64,000 nucleotides of DNA from Thermoplasmatota archaeon (GTDB lineage Archaea; Thermoplasmatota; JAKEGO01). A program made the translations under genes and the position numbers. The notes below the pieces were generated by a model. It was not told the DNA's origin. It saw only the letters and a list, made by a program, of their open reading frames with translations, and ran no database searches. Positions 9,450 through 19,096 of the stretch are shown piece by piece. The stretch covers positions 160,001 to 224,000 of the forward strand of contig JANQNK010000003.1 of NCBI GenBank assembly GCA_028279595.1, in the 5' to 3' direction. Numbering within the stretch: the first letter of the stretch is position 1; each line of letters starts with the position of its first letter.

Positions 9450-11555
9450 ATGCGGGCGTACCCCTTCTCCGTTAGGCGCACCTGGCTCGATGCGGTCCCT
9501 CTGATCATCGTGTTTGTCATGGGGGCGCTCGCTCTTTCCCAGGTGAGAGGATCGGTGACCATCGCCGAGGTCCATTACAACACGTTCAGTCAGGGCGAGG
9601 ATGATGAGTTCATTGTGATCCGCAACGACGGACCCGACGTGGTCGACCTGTCGGGATGGGACATTACTGACAACGAGGACGTGTCCCCGTTGAACGGCAG
9701 CCTTTCTCCCGGTGGAAGTATGGTCCTCACGCGTGATCTGGAAAGCGTTCTGGAGAAGGAGCCCGACTTCTTCAGTCGGAGGTTTTCATGTGTTCTGGGT
9801 CCATATCTTGAACTACGGCTTGCGAACGACGGAGATGAAGTTGTCCTCAGGGAGCATGATCGTGTCATGGATGCTTTCGTCTATGGTGATGGGACATCGG
9901 GCACCGGATGGCTCGGCCCCCCATCGCCTTCCCTTTACGAGGGTGAGATCGCCGTCAGGAGTGGCCGTGATACCAATACGTCATCGGACTGGACCACTGG
10001 CCGCCTGCACAGGCTTGGTCAATCGGACTTCGTTCCAGGATACTTCATGGCGGAGTCTATCACAGCGTTGGTCACCCCGGACTGCACCGACGGGCCGATC
10101 ACTGACCTGATCGGATCGGCGAACGAGAGCATCCTTGTCGAGGCCTACGAGATCCTCTCTCTCGCGATCGCTGATGCCCTCTCCAATGCCTCACGCCTAG
10201 GGGTCGATGTTACGGTCCTGCTGGACGGCGGTCCGGTAGGATGGAACTTCTGGAACGTCTATGAGGTGGAATATCGCGAGCGCTACAGGTCCCTTGAGAA
10301 GGTGTACACCGAGAAGTCGCTGGTCGATAGGATGGTCTCGGCCGGGGTAGACGTCAGGTTCCACACGGGTATCGATCCGAGATACGTCTTCATCCATTCG
10401 AAATGCATAGTGGCCGATGATGCCGTCCTTGTGTCCTCGGACAACCTGGTCGAGGGGGCCTTTCCGAACGAACTTCGATTCACAGGCACGTCCGTGAGAG
10501 GAAGCCGGGGGTGGGCAGTGATCCTTCGAGGAGGCGAGATCTCGGACCACTTCAGGGCAGTGATCGAGCATGACATCGAAGGATACGATGTAGTTCGGTG
10601 GGGGACTCCACCATACGATCCACCGCCGTCCTACTTCGAATTGGGCCGGGATCCTGACGAATGGGTGTGGACATCGCCGGTTCAGCCTGTCGTCATCGCT
10701 CCCTTTCATGTCAACCGTTCGGTGCCGATCCTTCCCGTGCTGTCACCCGACTCCTCCTCTGGATGGCCCATCGTGGCGATGATCGAGAACGCAACGGAGT
10801 TCGTGTACGTCGAGCTCCTTGACCTCAATCCCAACTGGAGCCGGATGGGCGGGAACGCGTATCTGGAAGCCCTCCTCGATGCCGCTGGAAGGGATGTCGA
10901 TGTCCGGGTCCTTCTCGATCCCACATGGGCCCGAGAGGGAGGGTCCTTCGATAATCATGAGATGTCAAAGGCCCTGGTCGAAGCATCGGAATCATTGCCG
11001 GAGCTCGAATGTCGGCTCCTCTCCCCTCACGGGCTGACGATGCTCCACAACAAGGGTGTCGTCACCGAGAAGAGCGTCCTCGTATCGAGCATCAACTGGG
11101 GCTTCAACTCCGTGTTCAGGAACCGTGAGACCGCGGTCATCATCGAGGACAGGGAGATCGCTGGATACTATCGAAACGCGTTCTTTCAGGACTGGAACAG
11201 GTCCGTTCTCGACAAGGTCGGGGTTTCGATCTCATATGACGGTAACTACGCCGTTCGACTGGCCGGTGTGAACGGCTCACATCAGGTGGATGTCAGGATA
11301 GGTGATGTACACACCTTCTCCGACGTCATCCGAGAGGATGAGACGAGGACCGTTCCGCTCATCCGGTCCAGCGGACCAGTAACTATTACGATCGATGGGT
11401 CGACCATTCATCTGACCGACTCGACAACTGATGTCACAGCCAGGGACCGGACCGACAGGAAGGTCGATGATGGTGCGGTCGACCTGGGGATCCCAGCGAT
11501 GGCCATCGTGGCGATGGTCGTGTGGTACATCATCTTCCGAAAACTGCGGGGATAG
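9450..11555 (+). CDS. Lamin-tail domain plus phospholipase D family protein, membrane anchored
   Basis: Signal peptide, 'DEFIVIRN...VDLSGW' LTD, two HKD-like motifs (HSKCIVAD, HNKGVVTE), C-terminal TM. Confidence 0.85.
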   Translation: MRAYPFSVRRTWLDAVPLIIVFVMGALALSQVRGSVTIAEVHYNTFSQGEDDEFIVIRNDGPDVVDLSGWDITDNEDVSPLNGSLSPGGSMVLTRDLESVLEKEPDFFSRRFSCVLGPYLELRLANDGDEVVLREHDRVMDAFVYGDGTSGTGWLGPPSPSLYEGEIAVRSGRDTNTSSDWTTGRLHRLGQSDFVPGYFMAESITALVTPDCTDGPITDLIGSANESILVEAYEILSLAIADALSNASRLGVDVTVLLDGGPVGWNFWNVYEVEYRERYRSLEKVYTEKSLVDRMVSAGVDVRFHTGIDPRYVFIHSKCIVADDAVLVSSDNLVEGAFPNELRFTGTSVRGSRGWAVILRGGEISDHFRAVIEHDIEGYDVVRWGTPPYDPPPSYFELGRDPDEWVWTSPVQPVVIAPFHVNRSVPILPVLSPDSSSGWPIVAMIENATEFVYVELLDLNPNWSRMGGNAYLEALLDAAGRDVDVRVLLDPTWAREGGSFDNHEMSKALVEASESLPELECRLLSPHGLTMLHNKGVVTEKSVLVSSINWGFNSVFRNRETAVIIEDREIAGYYRNAFFQDWNRSVLDKVGVSISYDGNYAVRLAGVNGSHQVDVRIGDVHTFSDVIREDETRTVPLIRSSGPVTITIDGSTIHLTDSTTDVTARDRTDRKVDDGAVDLGIPAMAIVAMVVWYIIFRKLRG

Positions 11556-11612
11556 CACGCGCTCTGCCCACTGGGGATATCTCGTCTGATGGACCCCTGT
11601 CCTCCTATCGGT

Positions 11613-11834
11613 CTAACTCCCCAGGTCCCACTTCTCGGAGAACCTGTGGTGGTGTAGCTCGATGTTGTCAGCAACGTTCTGGTTCCAGTCGACAGAGGCT
11701 TCGTCACATTCGTGGCACACCACTCCCTCGAGCGGGATCTCGGTTTTTATCTCCCACTCGTCCCTGGGGTAGAACGTGCAGTCCTTGCACCAATGCCATA
11801 CGTGACTATCATATGACCTCGCGTACCTCTTCAT
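11613..11834 (-). CDS. Small putative zinc-finger protein
   Basis: WHWCKDC...CHEC; start taken at ATG 11834. Confidence 0.6.
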   Translation of the reverse strand: MKRYARSYDSHVWHWCKDCTFYPRDEWEIKTEIPLEGVVCHECDEASVDWNQNVADNIELHHHRFSEKWDLGS

Positions 11835-11895
11835 ATGCGGACCCAACTATATGAATCGGATTCTCGCCTATATAATTCTTTTTATCAGTTGGGAC

Positions 11896-12348
11896 TTAAA
11901 TATGGCTCGAACACTGGCAGAATCCTACAGTTGCTTCCGACGTCGCGATGAAGATGTAAGCCTCCTCGACGCCCTTCACCGCTTGGAGCTCATTGAACAT
12001 CCTTCTGACATCTTCGGCTTCCCCCGAGAACATCATGGCCTCGCAGCATGGGGCGTGGTCGATGTCCATGTCGGAGTGCATGAAGGACCTGATCGTGCCC
12101 TTGTGTTTATGACGGACACTCGAGACACGATCGTCCGAGTCGTGGTCGTACAGGATTATCATGACTCCCTCCACGACCCCACTCATGTCCTCAAGCGAAG
12201 CCTTCTTCCTCATGAACTCCCTGAGGGCGTCCCGGACGAGCTCGGACCGGCTGACGTAGCCCATCTCGGATTTCGCAGAATCCATCTCCTCCACGGTCAC
12301 TCCCGGCAGGCTGATCGAAATGACGTTCGTCTCCTTCTGCACCATCAC
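11896..12348 (-). CDS. NikR-like (RHH plus ACT-like) metal-responsive regulator
   Basis: ISISLP...GYVSRSELVRDALR RHH; GVMIILYDH and H/C-containing C-domain. Confidence 0.85.
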   Translation of the reverse strand: MMVQKETNVISISLPGVTVEEMDSAKSEMGYVSRSELVRDALREFMRKKASLEDMSGVVEGVMIILYDHDSDDRVSSVRHKHKGTIRSFMHSDMDIDHAPCCEAMMFSGEAEDVRRMFNELQAVKGVEEAYIFIATSEATVGFCQCSSHI

Positions 12349-13160
12349 TCCATCCTCCTGTAGGCGGCGACGAAGATGAAGATACCGGCCATCGTGAAGA
12401 CTATCACCCCGCTTGTGGCGACGTCGTAGATGGCCGAGAGGATCATTCCCAGGAAGGCGCTGGACATACCGAACAGAACCGCTGCGACGGTCGTGCCGCG
12501 GAACGACAGGCCCAGTTGAAGGGCGGACAATCCCGGGAGGACTATGAGGGCAACGACGAGGATTATCCCCACCACCTTGATGGAGATGACTATGGTCACG
12601 GCGACCAGTATATTGAATCCTATGGACAGGGTCGTCACCGGTATACCGACAAGGCGCGCTGCCTGGTCATCGAAAGTCATCGAAAGGAGTTCCTTGTAGA
12701 AGACACCGAGGAAGACAACGGCGATGACGGCAAGAGTTGTGACAGTCTCCAGGTCCTGCTGATCGATCGTCAGTATCGAACCGAATAGGTAGGAGAAGAG
12801 CTCGATATTGAAGCCGTCGGCCAGCGAGATCACTATCAGGCCTCCAGCGAATCCAACGGCGAGCATCACGGCTGTGGCTGCGTCGGAGGACGCCAGTCCA
12901 AGTTTCTTCATGTAGGATATGCCCAGAACCGCGAGTATTGACACTATCATTGCCGTTAGGAAAGGATCGATGCCGAGGAAGAGTCCCAGGGCTATGCCGC
13001 CAAAGGCGGTGTGGGCTACACCATCGGCCATCATGGCCTCCTTCCTGAGTATGAGGAAGAGGCCCACCCAGGAGCACACGAGGGCAGTGATCGCCCCTCC
13101 GATTATTGCGTTCCTGAAGAAGGTGTACTCGAAGAGCCTAGGTATATCGAACAGTGTCAA
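12345..13160 (-). CDS. znuB: Zn/Mn ABC transporter permease (ZnuB-like)
   Basis: ABC-3 motifs DGVAHTAFGG, YLFGSIL, FDDQAARLVG. Confidence 0.88.
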   Translation of the reverse strand: MTLFDIPRLFEYTFFRNAIIGGAITALVCSWVGLFLILRKEAMMADGVAHTAFGGIALGLFLGIDPFLTAMIVSILAVLGISYMKKLGLASSDAATAVMLAVGFAGGLIVISLADGFNIELFSYLFGSILTIDQQDLETVTTLAVIAVVFLGVFYKELLSMTFDDQAARLVGIPVTTLSIGFNILVAVTIVISIKVVGIILVVALIVLPGLSALQLGLSFRGTTVAAVLFGMSSAFLGMILSAIYDVATSGVIVFTMAGIFIFVAAYRRME

Positions 13161-13894
13161 TGCCGTTGTTCCACCCCGCAGCTGTGTTCGTGGAATACGA
13201 AATGGAAATGGTCACCGTATCCCTTCCGGAGCAGATCGTTGGGGTCGAGGTCGGGTGCGACCTTCGCGAAATGCACGTCCCTGCTGACGCACATCGCCTT
13301 GGACATCCTGCAGAATACTGCCATAAGGTCGTGGGAGACGAGCAGGATGGTTATGTTCCGGTCCTGGTTCAGGACACTGATCCGCTCGTAGAAACGCTCC
13401 ATCGTCGTAGCGTCCACGCCGGCAACGGGTTCGTCGAGGATCATGAGGTCCGGGTCCCGGACGAGGGCCTTCGCCACGAAGACCCTCTGCTTCTGGCCTC
13501 CCGAGAGGTTGCCTATGCGCCTGTTCGCAAGCCTGGTCAGCTCCATGGCCTCGAGGGCCGAGTCTACGGCCGCCCAGTCCTCCTTTCTAAGCGGTCTTCC
13601 GAGATTACCCCGCCTCACCCTCCCTAGTCCGACCATCTCCTTCACCGTCAGGGGGAACTGGGTGTCGAAATTGATGGCTTCCTGGGAGACGTAGGCCACG
13701 CGTTCCCACTGCCGGAACCTAGAGATGTCCTTCCCGAAGAGGCGGATGCTTCCACGCTTTATCGGCAGGATCCCAAGTATCGCGTGGATGAGCGTCGTCT
13801 TTCCGCCGCCGTTCGGTCCGACGATCCCGACGAAGTCACCAGCCTCGATGTCGAAGGTCGCTTTCCTGACAACCAGCTCCTTGGACCTCATCAC
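13157..13894 (-). CDS. znuC: Zn/Mn ABC transporter ATP-binding subunit (ZnuC-like); true start probably further upstream
   Basis: GPNGGGKTT, LSGGQKQR, LDEP, SHD; the frame stays open upstream (see findings). Confidence 0.88.
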   Translation of the reverse strand: MMRSKELVVRKATFDIEAGDFVGIVGPNGGGKTTLIHAILGILPIKRGSIRLFGKDISRFRQWERVAYVSQEAINFDTQFPLTVKEMVGLGRVRRGNLGRPLRKEDWAAVDSALEAMELTRLANRRIGNLSGGQKQRVFVAKALVRDPDLMILDEPVAGVDATTMERFYERISVLNQDRNITILLVSHDLMAVFCRMSKAMCVSRDVHFAKVAPDLDPNDLLRKGYGDHFHFVFHEHSCGVEQRH

Positions 13895-13998
13895 ATCGAG
13901 GTTACGGACCTCGAGAACGGGGGTCCTATCGATGGAGCGATCGGTCGTCCTTCCATTTACTACGGTGTCTGCCTTCGACCCGACTGTAACCGACGCTA

Positions 13999-15393
13999 TC
14001 AGACCACTCCCAATCCTATCTTCAGGTTGTCGAGGTTCTTTTCCATCTGCTCGATGTAGTCCATTCCGTCGATCCTCCCAGTCATGAGGTATATACGTAG
14101 GACATTGACGTTCTCTCCCGTCTGTTCCTCAACCTCCGTTTCCAGGGTCTCCGCGAAATTGGTAGGATAGACCGGATCGACGAAGATCGAGTAGATCTCC
14201 TCGTCCTCCATCAGCTCGGCGAGTTCGATGATGTCCGACGTGCTCGGTTCCTCTTCGGCCCATCCCTCGATAAGACCATGCTGTTCGAACTCGTATCGGC
14301 TGGACAGGTATCCGAAGGCGGAGTGCAACACGATGATACCCGACACGGGCGCATCTGAGAGGTTGTGCATGTATGCGTGGTCCAACTCCTCGAGCTCATC
14401 CCTCAACGTTTCCCATCTGTCCGTGTAGTAGGCCTCGTGGTCGGGGTCTTCCTCGACAAGGGCGTCATAGATGGCCTCAGCCTCCTGAACAGCGGTGAAC
14501 GGTGAGATCCATGTATGAGGATCGTTCGGTCCGTGATCGTGTCCATCATCGTGTCCATCATCGTGGCCGTTATCGTGGTCATCATGCTCGTGGAGATGTG
14601 CTATCCCGAGCTTGACCAGCTCCTCCTCCGTGGTATTGAAGTGGATCATGTAAGTGGTGTTCCCCTCGAGGTCGTAGACCCCGTGCCACTCGAACGGATC
14701 CTCGTGTTCGTGTTCCTCATGTTCATGTTCCTCGTGTTCGTGCTCCTCGGGCTCGACGGTCTCGTTGCCCAGAGACACGAAGAATCCCATCTCCTCCTCA
14801 TCGTGCTCGAGGAAGATAGCGAACTCGCCCTCCTCCTCCGGCTCGAAGGTCAAGTATCCGACGTAGGTGCCGTTCTCGTCGTGCAGTGTAAGGTTGTAGC
14901 ACACGCCGTCCTCGATGTCGGCCGCTGCCGACTCGTTGGGACCGGCGGAGATCGCCTCGAACGGGCCGTCCTCGAAGAGATGGTGTCCAGCCTCCACGAC
15001 CGGATCGACATTCTCCAGGAGCTCGAGCCCTTCCGAGGTCTTGATGATGTCCTTGTTCGAGGTACTGATCGCTGGCAACAGGTCATCCTCCACCCACGCG
15101 TCTATCCCGGTGCCGCTGTAGATCAGGATATCGGCATCGTCCGCCTCGACGATGTCGGAGACTGACGGCTGGAACCCATGGAGCTCAGTGTTGTCCGGTA
15201 TGATGGTCTCTACGTAAACGTATTTACCTCCTATCCGATTGGCGAAATATCCGTGGGGATAGAAGGATGCGACGACCTTCACCTTCCCCGCTTCGGCCTC
15301 TTCCTGTTCTATCGACTGCTGGATGGCAACACCCAGCCATGTCGAGACCAACACGATTGCCACAATCACTAGAACTATCTGTTTCTTATTCAT
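13999..15393 (-). CDS. znuA: Zn/Mn ABC substrate-binding protein (ZnuA/AdcA-like) with inserted domain and His-rich tracts
   Basis: VVASFYP, ELHGFQPS, DPHTWISP, HSAFGYL motifs; N-terminal TM anchor. Confidence 0.88.
   Translation of the reverse strand: MNKKQIVLVIVAIVLVSTWLGVAIQQSIEQEEAEAGKVKVVASFYPHGYFANRIGGKYVYVETIIPDNTELHGFQPSVSDIVEADDADILIYSGTGIDAWVEDDLLPAISTSNKDIIKTSEGLELLENVDPVVEAGHHLFEDGPFEAISAGPNESAAADIEDGVCYNLTLHDENGTYVGYLTFEPEEEGEFAIFLEHDEEEMGFFVSLGNETVEPEEHEHEEHEHEEHEHEDPFEWHGVYDLEGNTTYMIHFNTTEEELVKLGIAHLHEHDDHDNGHDDGHDDGHDHGPNDPHTWISPFTAVQEAEAIYDALVEEDPDHEAYYTDRWETLRDELEELDHAYMHNLSDAPVSGIIVLHSAFGYLSSRYEFEQHGLIEGWAEEEPSTSDIIELAELMEDEEIYSIFVDPVYPTNFAETLETEVEEQTGENVNVLRIYLMTGRIDGMDYIEQMEKNLDNLKIGLGVV
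14529..14747. repeat. Coding tandem repeats: 12-bp units (HDDG) and 15-bp units (EEHEH)
   Basis: HDDHDNGHDDGHDDGHDH and EEHEHEEHEHEEHEHED inside znuA. Confidence 0.8.
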
Positions 15394-15463
15394 CTATCAT
15401 TACCCCCTTTAGACCTCGGTTGAATCAGAGCAAGGTTAATATATTAATATTTTCCCAGATTTA

Positions 15464-15506
15464 TTAATCATTACTATTATTATGTCCTGGCCTTAGTAAT
15501 TATTAA
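15464..15506. promoter_or_regulatory. Putative NikR-type operator (13-bp inverted repeat, 17-bp spacer)
   Basis: TTAATCATTACTA-N17-TAGTAATTATTAA (12/13 match) in the AT-rich divergent promoter between znuA and the second NikR-like gene. Confidence 0.6.
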
Positions 15507-15640
15507 CATGGTCAGTCCACTCGAGGTCGACGAGGGGTCTTTCTGTTCGTGGTCAACTATAAATCGGATGAAATCTTAATAATCCATGTAGGGGGATTTG
15601 ACATAGAGCGAGTTAGGCAGGTCCCCCAGGAGGGATACAG

Positions 15641-16045
15641 GTGAACGAGAACGAGAACACCGTAATACAGTCCTTCAGCGCACCTGCGGACCTGATCGCC
15701 AAGCTCGATGAGCTTCAGAAGGAGCGCGGATACTCTTCGAGGTCCGAGGTCGTAAGGAAGGGGCTGAGGCACTTCTTCTCTCTCATCGACGAGAGGATCG
15801 AGGGCGACCACCCGGAGGGTGTGATCGTGACCTTCCATCCTAGGAAGGCGAACGCGGCCGTGTCTGATATAAGACATAAGTATGCGGATATACTGATCGG
15901 CTACACCCATTCCCATACCGGAAGCAAGCTGTGCAACGATGTGATGCTGGTCAGCGGACCGAACGACCAGGTCAGGTCGATGATTGACGAGCTCCGGGCG
16001 ACACGGGACGTCAGCCTTGTACAGTTCGTGCCGGCCCCCAAGTGA
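15641..16045 (+). CDS. Second NikR-like regulator
   Basis: SFSAP...GYSSRSEVVRKGLR RHH; H...HSH.....C metal motif. Confidence 0.8.
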   Translation: MNENENTVIQSFSAPADLIAKLDELQKERGYSSRSEVVRKGLRHFFSLIDERIEGDHPEGVIVTFHPRKANAAVSDIRHKYADILIGYTHSHTGSKLCNDVMLVSGPNDQVRSMIDELRATRDVSLVQFVPAPK

Positions 16046-16067
16046 TCGGACCACTCACCCCTTGCCT

Positions 16068-16823
16068 TCAGAAAGCTCCAGCGATTGCATCGAACAGTCC
16101 CAGGAACCTCAATCCTATAACAAGGAGGAAGACACCGAAGACCCTTCTGAGATTCTCCCTTGAGATACTTATCGTAGCCCTGGCTCCGATCATCGCAGTG
16201 ACAGCCCCCGCCACACCGATCGCGATCCCCGCGGTGATGTCAGGAACCCCCTGATAGACGTACTGGGCCGTGGCTGCCGATGCGTTCACTACGATCACGG
16301 CTGACGACGTCCCCACGGCATGCCTGATGTCGAAGCCCATGTAGATCGTCATGAACAGCACCATGACGATCCCTCCGCCGATCCCAAGGAACGCAGCCAC
16401 GATCCCGACGAGGAAACCATACGGGATGATGACCATCGGATTCGACCTGGGCCTCCCGGCCTTCAGGGATTTCCCAGTATGGAGGAATCGATAAGAGAGG
16501 ATGAGCAGGAACACTCCGTAGATGAGCTTGATGGCCTCGGTCGGAGTGTTTATGGAAGCCAGTGCACCGATCTGTGTGCCAGCTATTGCCGGTACAGCCA
16601 GCATCACCGCTGTGCGAGGTTTCACATGGCCGAGCTTCCTGTGGGTCGCACTTCCGGATAATGTTATGATAATTATCGCAACGAGCGAGGTGGCGATCGC
16701 AACGTGCGGATCGACCCCTATCAGGATGAGGGAGGGTACTATGATGATGCCTCCCCCGATACCCAGGAGACCGCTGGCCAACCCGGCCAGGAGACCGATG
16801 ATAACCCCCACCAGTGGGTCCAT
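16068..16823 (-). CDS. Sulfite exporter TauE/SafE family permease
   Basis: Duplicated G.LGIGGG...A.(A/G)TS repeats, about 8 TM. Confidence 0.88.
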   Translation of the reverse strand: MDPLVGVIIGLLAGLASGLLGIGGGIIIVPSLILIGVDPHVAIATSLVAIIIITLSGSATHRKLGHVKPRTAVMLAVPAIAGTQIGALASINTPTEAIKLIYGVFLLILSYRFLHTGKSLKAGRPRSNPMVIIPYGFLVGIVAAFLGIGGGIVMVLFMTIYMGFDIRHAVGTSSAVIVVNASAATAQYVYQGVPDITAGIAIGVAGAVTAMIGARATISISRENLRRVFGVFLLVIGLRFLGLFDAIAGAF

Positions 16824-16989
16824 GGTACCGGAAAAGAGCGGTCGTATTTAAGGTTCCCCGGGTTAACCTCCCGAACGCCAAGCCGTACCAAAGTCCATCA
16901 GGCATTGGCCGCTTCAATATATATTGTCGCCAAAGCCCTTTGGTCGGGAACCAACATTTATATGAGGGATGCGATTCCCACAGGATAGC

Positions 16990-17187
16990 ATGCAGGTAGA
17001 GATGGACAGGGTGGACTACATCACGGAGACCGCCCTCACGATCAGGGACACCCGTCGGAGGACGACGGTTCCCAAGGCGATAGTCGACCGACTGGAGCTG
17101 GAGAACGGCGACAAGATCAGGTGGATAATGTTCGACGACAAGTCGATAGTGATCACCAAGGTCAAGAACGGTTTCTCCGAGGATTGA
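16990..17187 (+). CDS. AbrB/MazE/SpoVT-family DNA-binding protein
   Basis: TTVPKAIVDRLELENGDKIRW swapped-hairpin motif. Confidence 0.75.
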   Translation: MQVEMDRVDYITETALTIRDTRRRTTVPKAIVDRLELENGDKIRWIMFDDKSIVITKVKNGFSED

Positions 17188-17201
17188 GGGACTGATAACG
17201 C

Positions 17202-18143
17202 ATGGTGTTCCTCGATCCTGCCTCAATCGTCGTTATCGGCTTCATATCCCAGTTCATCAACGGTTCGCTGGGAATGGGCTTCGGAGCGACCTCGTCTTCG
17301 CTCTTCATAGGCCTGGGTCTCTCCCCGGTCATAGTGTCTGCATCGGTGCACATCGGCAAGGTCTTCGCAGGCTTCGTTTCGGGGGCCTCGCATCAACACT
17401 TCGGCAATGTGGACAAGGAGCTGACGATGAGGTTGACGGCCATGGGTGTCGTCGGCGGCGTCATCGGAGCCTTCTTCCTTTCGAGGCTGGCCACCGACTT
17501 CGTGGTCCCGTTCATCGCGATAATCCTGCTCATCATGGGCCTTCGTATCTTCCTTCGTTTCTTCATCCAGAAGGCAGAGGCCCATCCTGGTCCCCCCTGG
17601 GGGCAGTTCTCCACCAGATTGCTTATCCCGCTGGGTTTCGTCGGAGGCCTCGTCGATGCATTCGGCGGAGCGGGCTGGGGCCCGATCTGCATGGCCTCTC
17701 TGGCTGGCAGGACGAAAAAGGAGATCCGTGTCCTCATCGGGTCGGTGAGCATGGCGGAGTTCTTCGTCTCACTCGCAGTGGTCGCTACCTTCATAGTGCT
17801 CCTCGGTGAGGGGGGTTTCTTCCTGTGGCTCGTCTTTCCTTTAGTGATAGGAGGCGTCCTGGCAGCACCGATAGCGGCCTATGCCACGACCAGGATCACA
17901 CCCACCAGGCTCGGTATGGTCGTGGGCATATTCCTGGTCGTGATTAACACCATCACTCTTGCAGGATCGCCATTCCTCACGGACGGGCCGATACCCGTTC
18001 CATCGGCCGCGATCGTGATCATGATCACATCGGCCGTGCTGTTCACCGTTTGGTGGAAGAAGTGGCGTCTGATCAAGACCAGGGAGGAGAGACAGAGGGC
18101 TCGGCGCAGGTTCGGCCGGGCCTTCAGGCAGAGGAAGGCGTAA
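17202..18143 (+). CDS. Sulfite exporter TauE/SafE family permease
   Basis: GSLGMGFG, ASVH, H..GNVD, DAFGGAGWGP motifs. Confidence 0.85.
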   Translation: MVFLDPASIVVIGFISQFINGSLGMGFGATSSSLFIGLGLSPVIVSASVHIGKVFAGFVSGASHQHFGNVDKELTMRLTAMGVVGGVIGAFFLSRLATDFVVPFIAIILLIMGLRIFLRFFIQKAEAHPGPPWGQFSTRLLIPLGFVGGLVDAFGGAGWGPICMASLAGRTKKEIRVLIGSVSMAEFFVSLAVVATFIVLLGEGGFFLWLVFPLVIGGVLAAPIAAYATTRITPTRLGMVVGIFLVVINTITLAGSPFLTDGPIPVPSAAIVIMITSAVLFTVWWKKWRLIKTREERQRARRRFGRAFRQRKA

Positions 18144-18177
18144 CGTTTTTAATGACGTAGCGTTGCTGGGTATCCCT

Positions 18178-19047
18178 ATGTCGGAAGAGAAGGGCTGTGG
18201 CTGTGGCACCAAAAACGACGTCAGCGATGAGGAGATCAGGCGCATCGTCAGGGAGGGCTATGCCCAGATATCCAACGAGGGATCCTGCTGCAATCCGGTC
18301 GTGTCCAGCACGCCCAGCGACACCGATGACCTCGCAAGGCACATCGCGAAGAAGATGGGCTATTCCACCGAGGAGCTCGACTCCATCCCGGACGGGGCAA
18401 ATCTCGGTCTGGGATGCGGGAACCCTGTCGCTCTCGCTTCGTTGGAGGAGGGCGAGACCGTCGTCGACCTAGGGTCTGGCGGAGGGCTCGACTGCTTCCT
18501 CGCCGCTGACCGGGTCGGTGAGACCGGCCGCGTCATCGGCGTGGACATGACCCCCGAGATGATCGAGAGGGCCCGCGGGAATGCCGCATCCGGGAACTAC
18601 ACCAATGTTGAGTTCCGCTTCGGCAAGATCGAGGAGCTGCCCATCGACGATGGAACGGTCGATGCCGTCATATCCAACTGCGTGATCAATCTCTCCCCGG
18701 ACAAGGCGCGGACCTTCGCAGAGGCGTATCGTGTCCTGAAGCCCGGCGGCCGCCTCATGGTCTCCGACATAGTCTTGCTGTCCGAGATCCCCGAATCCAT
18801 CCGGAACAGCGCAAAGGCCCTGGTAAGCTGTCTGGGCGGAGCGGTGATGAGGGACGAGTACCTGCGGCTGATCGAAGAGGCTGGATTCGAGGGCACCAAG
18901 GTCATCGACGAGATGGTCTTCCCGGTATCGGAAACGTCCAACGTCCCCACGGAGTCGGTCTGCTGCGGACCCGAGGTCTCCGAAGACGACATCGCCCGCG
19001 CCGAGGGCCAGGCAGTGACGGTGAAGGTACTGGCCTGGAAGCCGTAG
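18178..19047 (+). CDS. arsM: Arsenite S-adenosylmethionine methyltransferase
   Basis: NLGLGCGNP, DLGSGGGLDC, GVDMTPEM, SNCVINL, CLGGA conserved Cys residues. Confidence 0.88.
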   Translation: MSEEKGCGCGTKNDVSDEEIRRIVREGYAQISNEGSCCNPVVSSTPSDTDDLARHIAKKMGYSTEELDSIPDGANLGLGCGNPVALASLEEGETVVDLGSGGGLDCFLAADRVGETGRVIGVDMTPEMIERARGNAASGNYTNVEFRFGKIEELPIDDGTVDAVISNCVINLSPDKARTFAEAYRVLKPGGRLMVSDIVLLSEIPESIRNSAKALVSCLGGAVMRDEYLRLIEEAGFEGTKVIDEMVFPVSETSNVPTESVCCGPEVSEDDIARAEGQAVTVKVLAWKP

Positions 19048-19096
19048 GCAACGTAGAAGGATTTTATAGTCGGTCCCCGATAGTCGAACGGGTACC

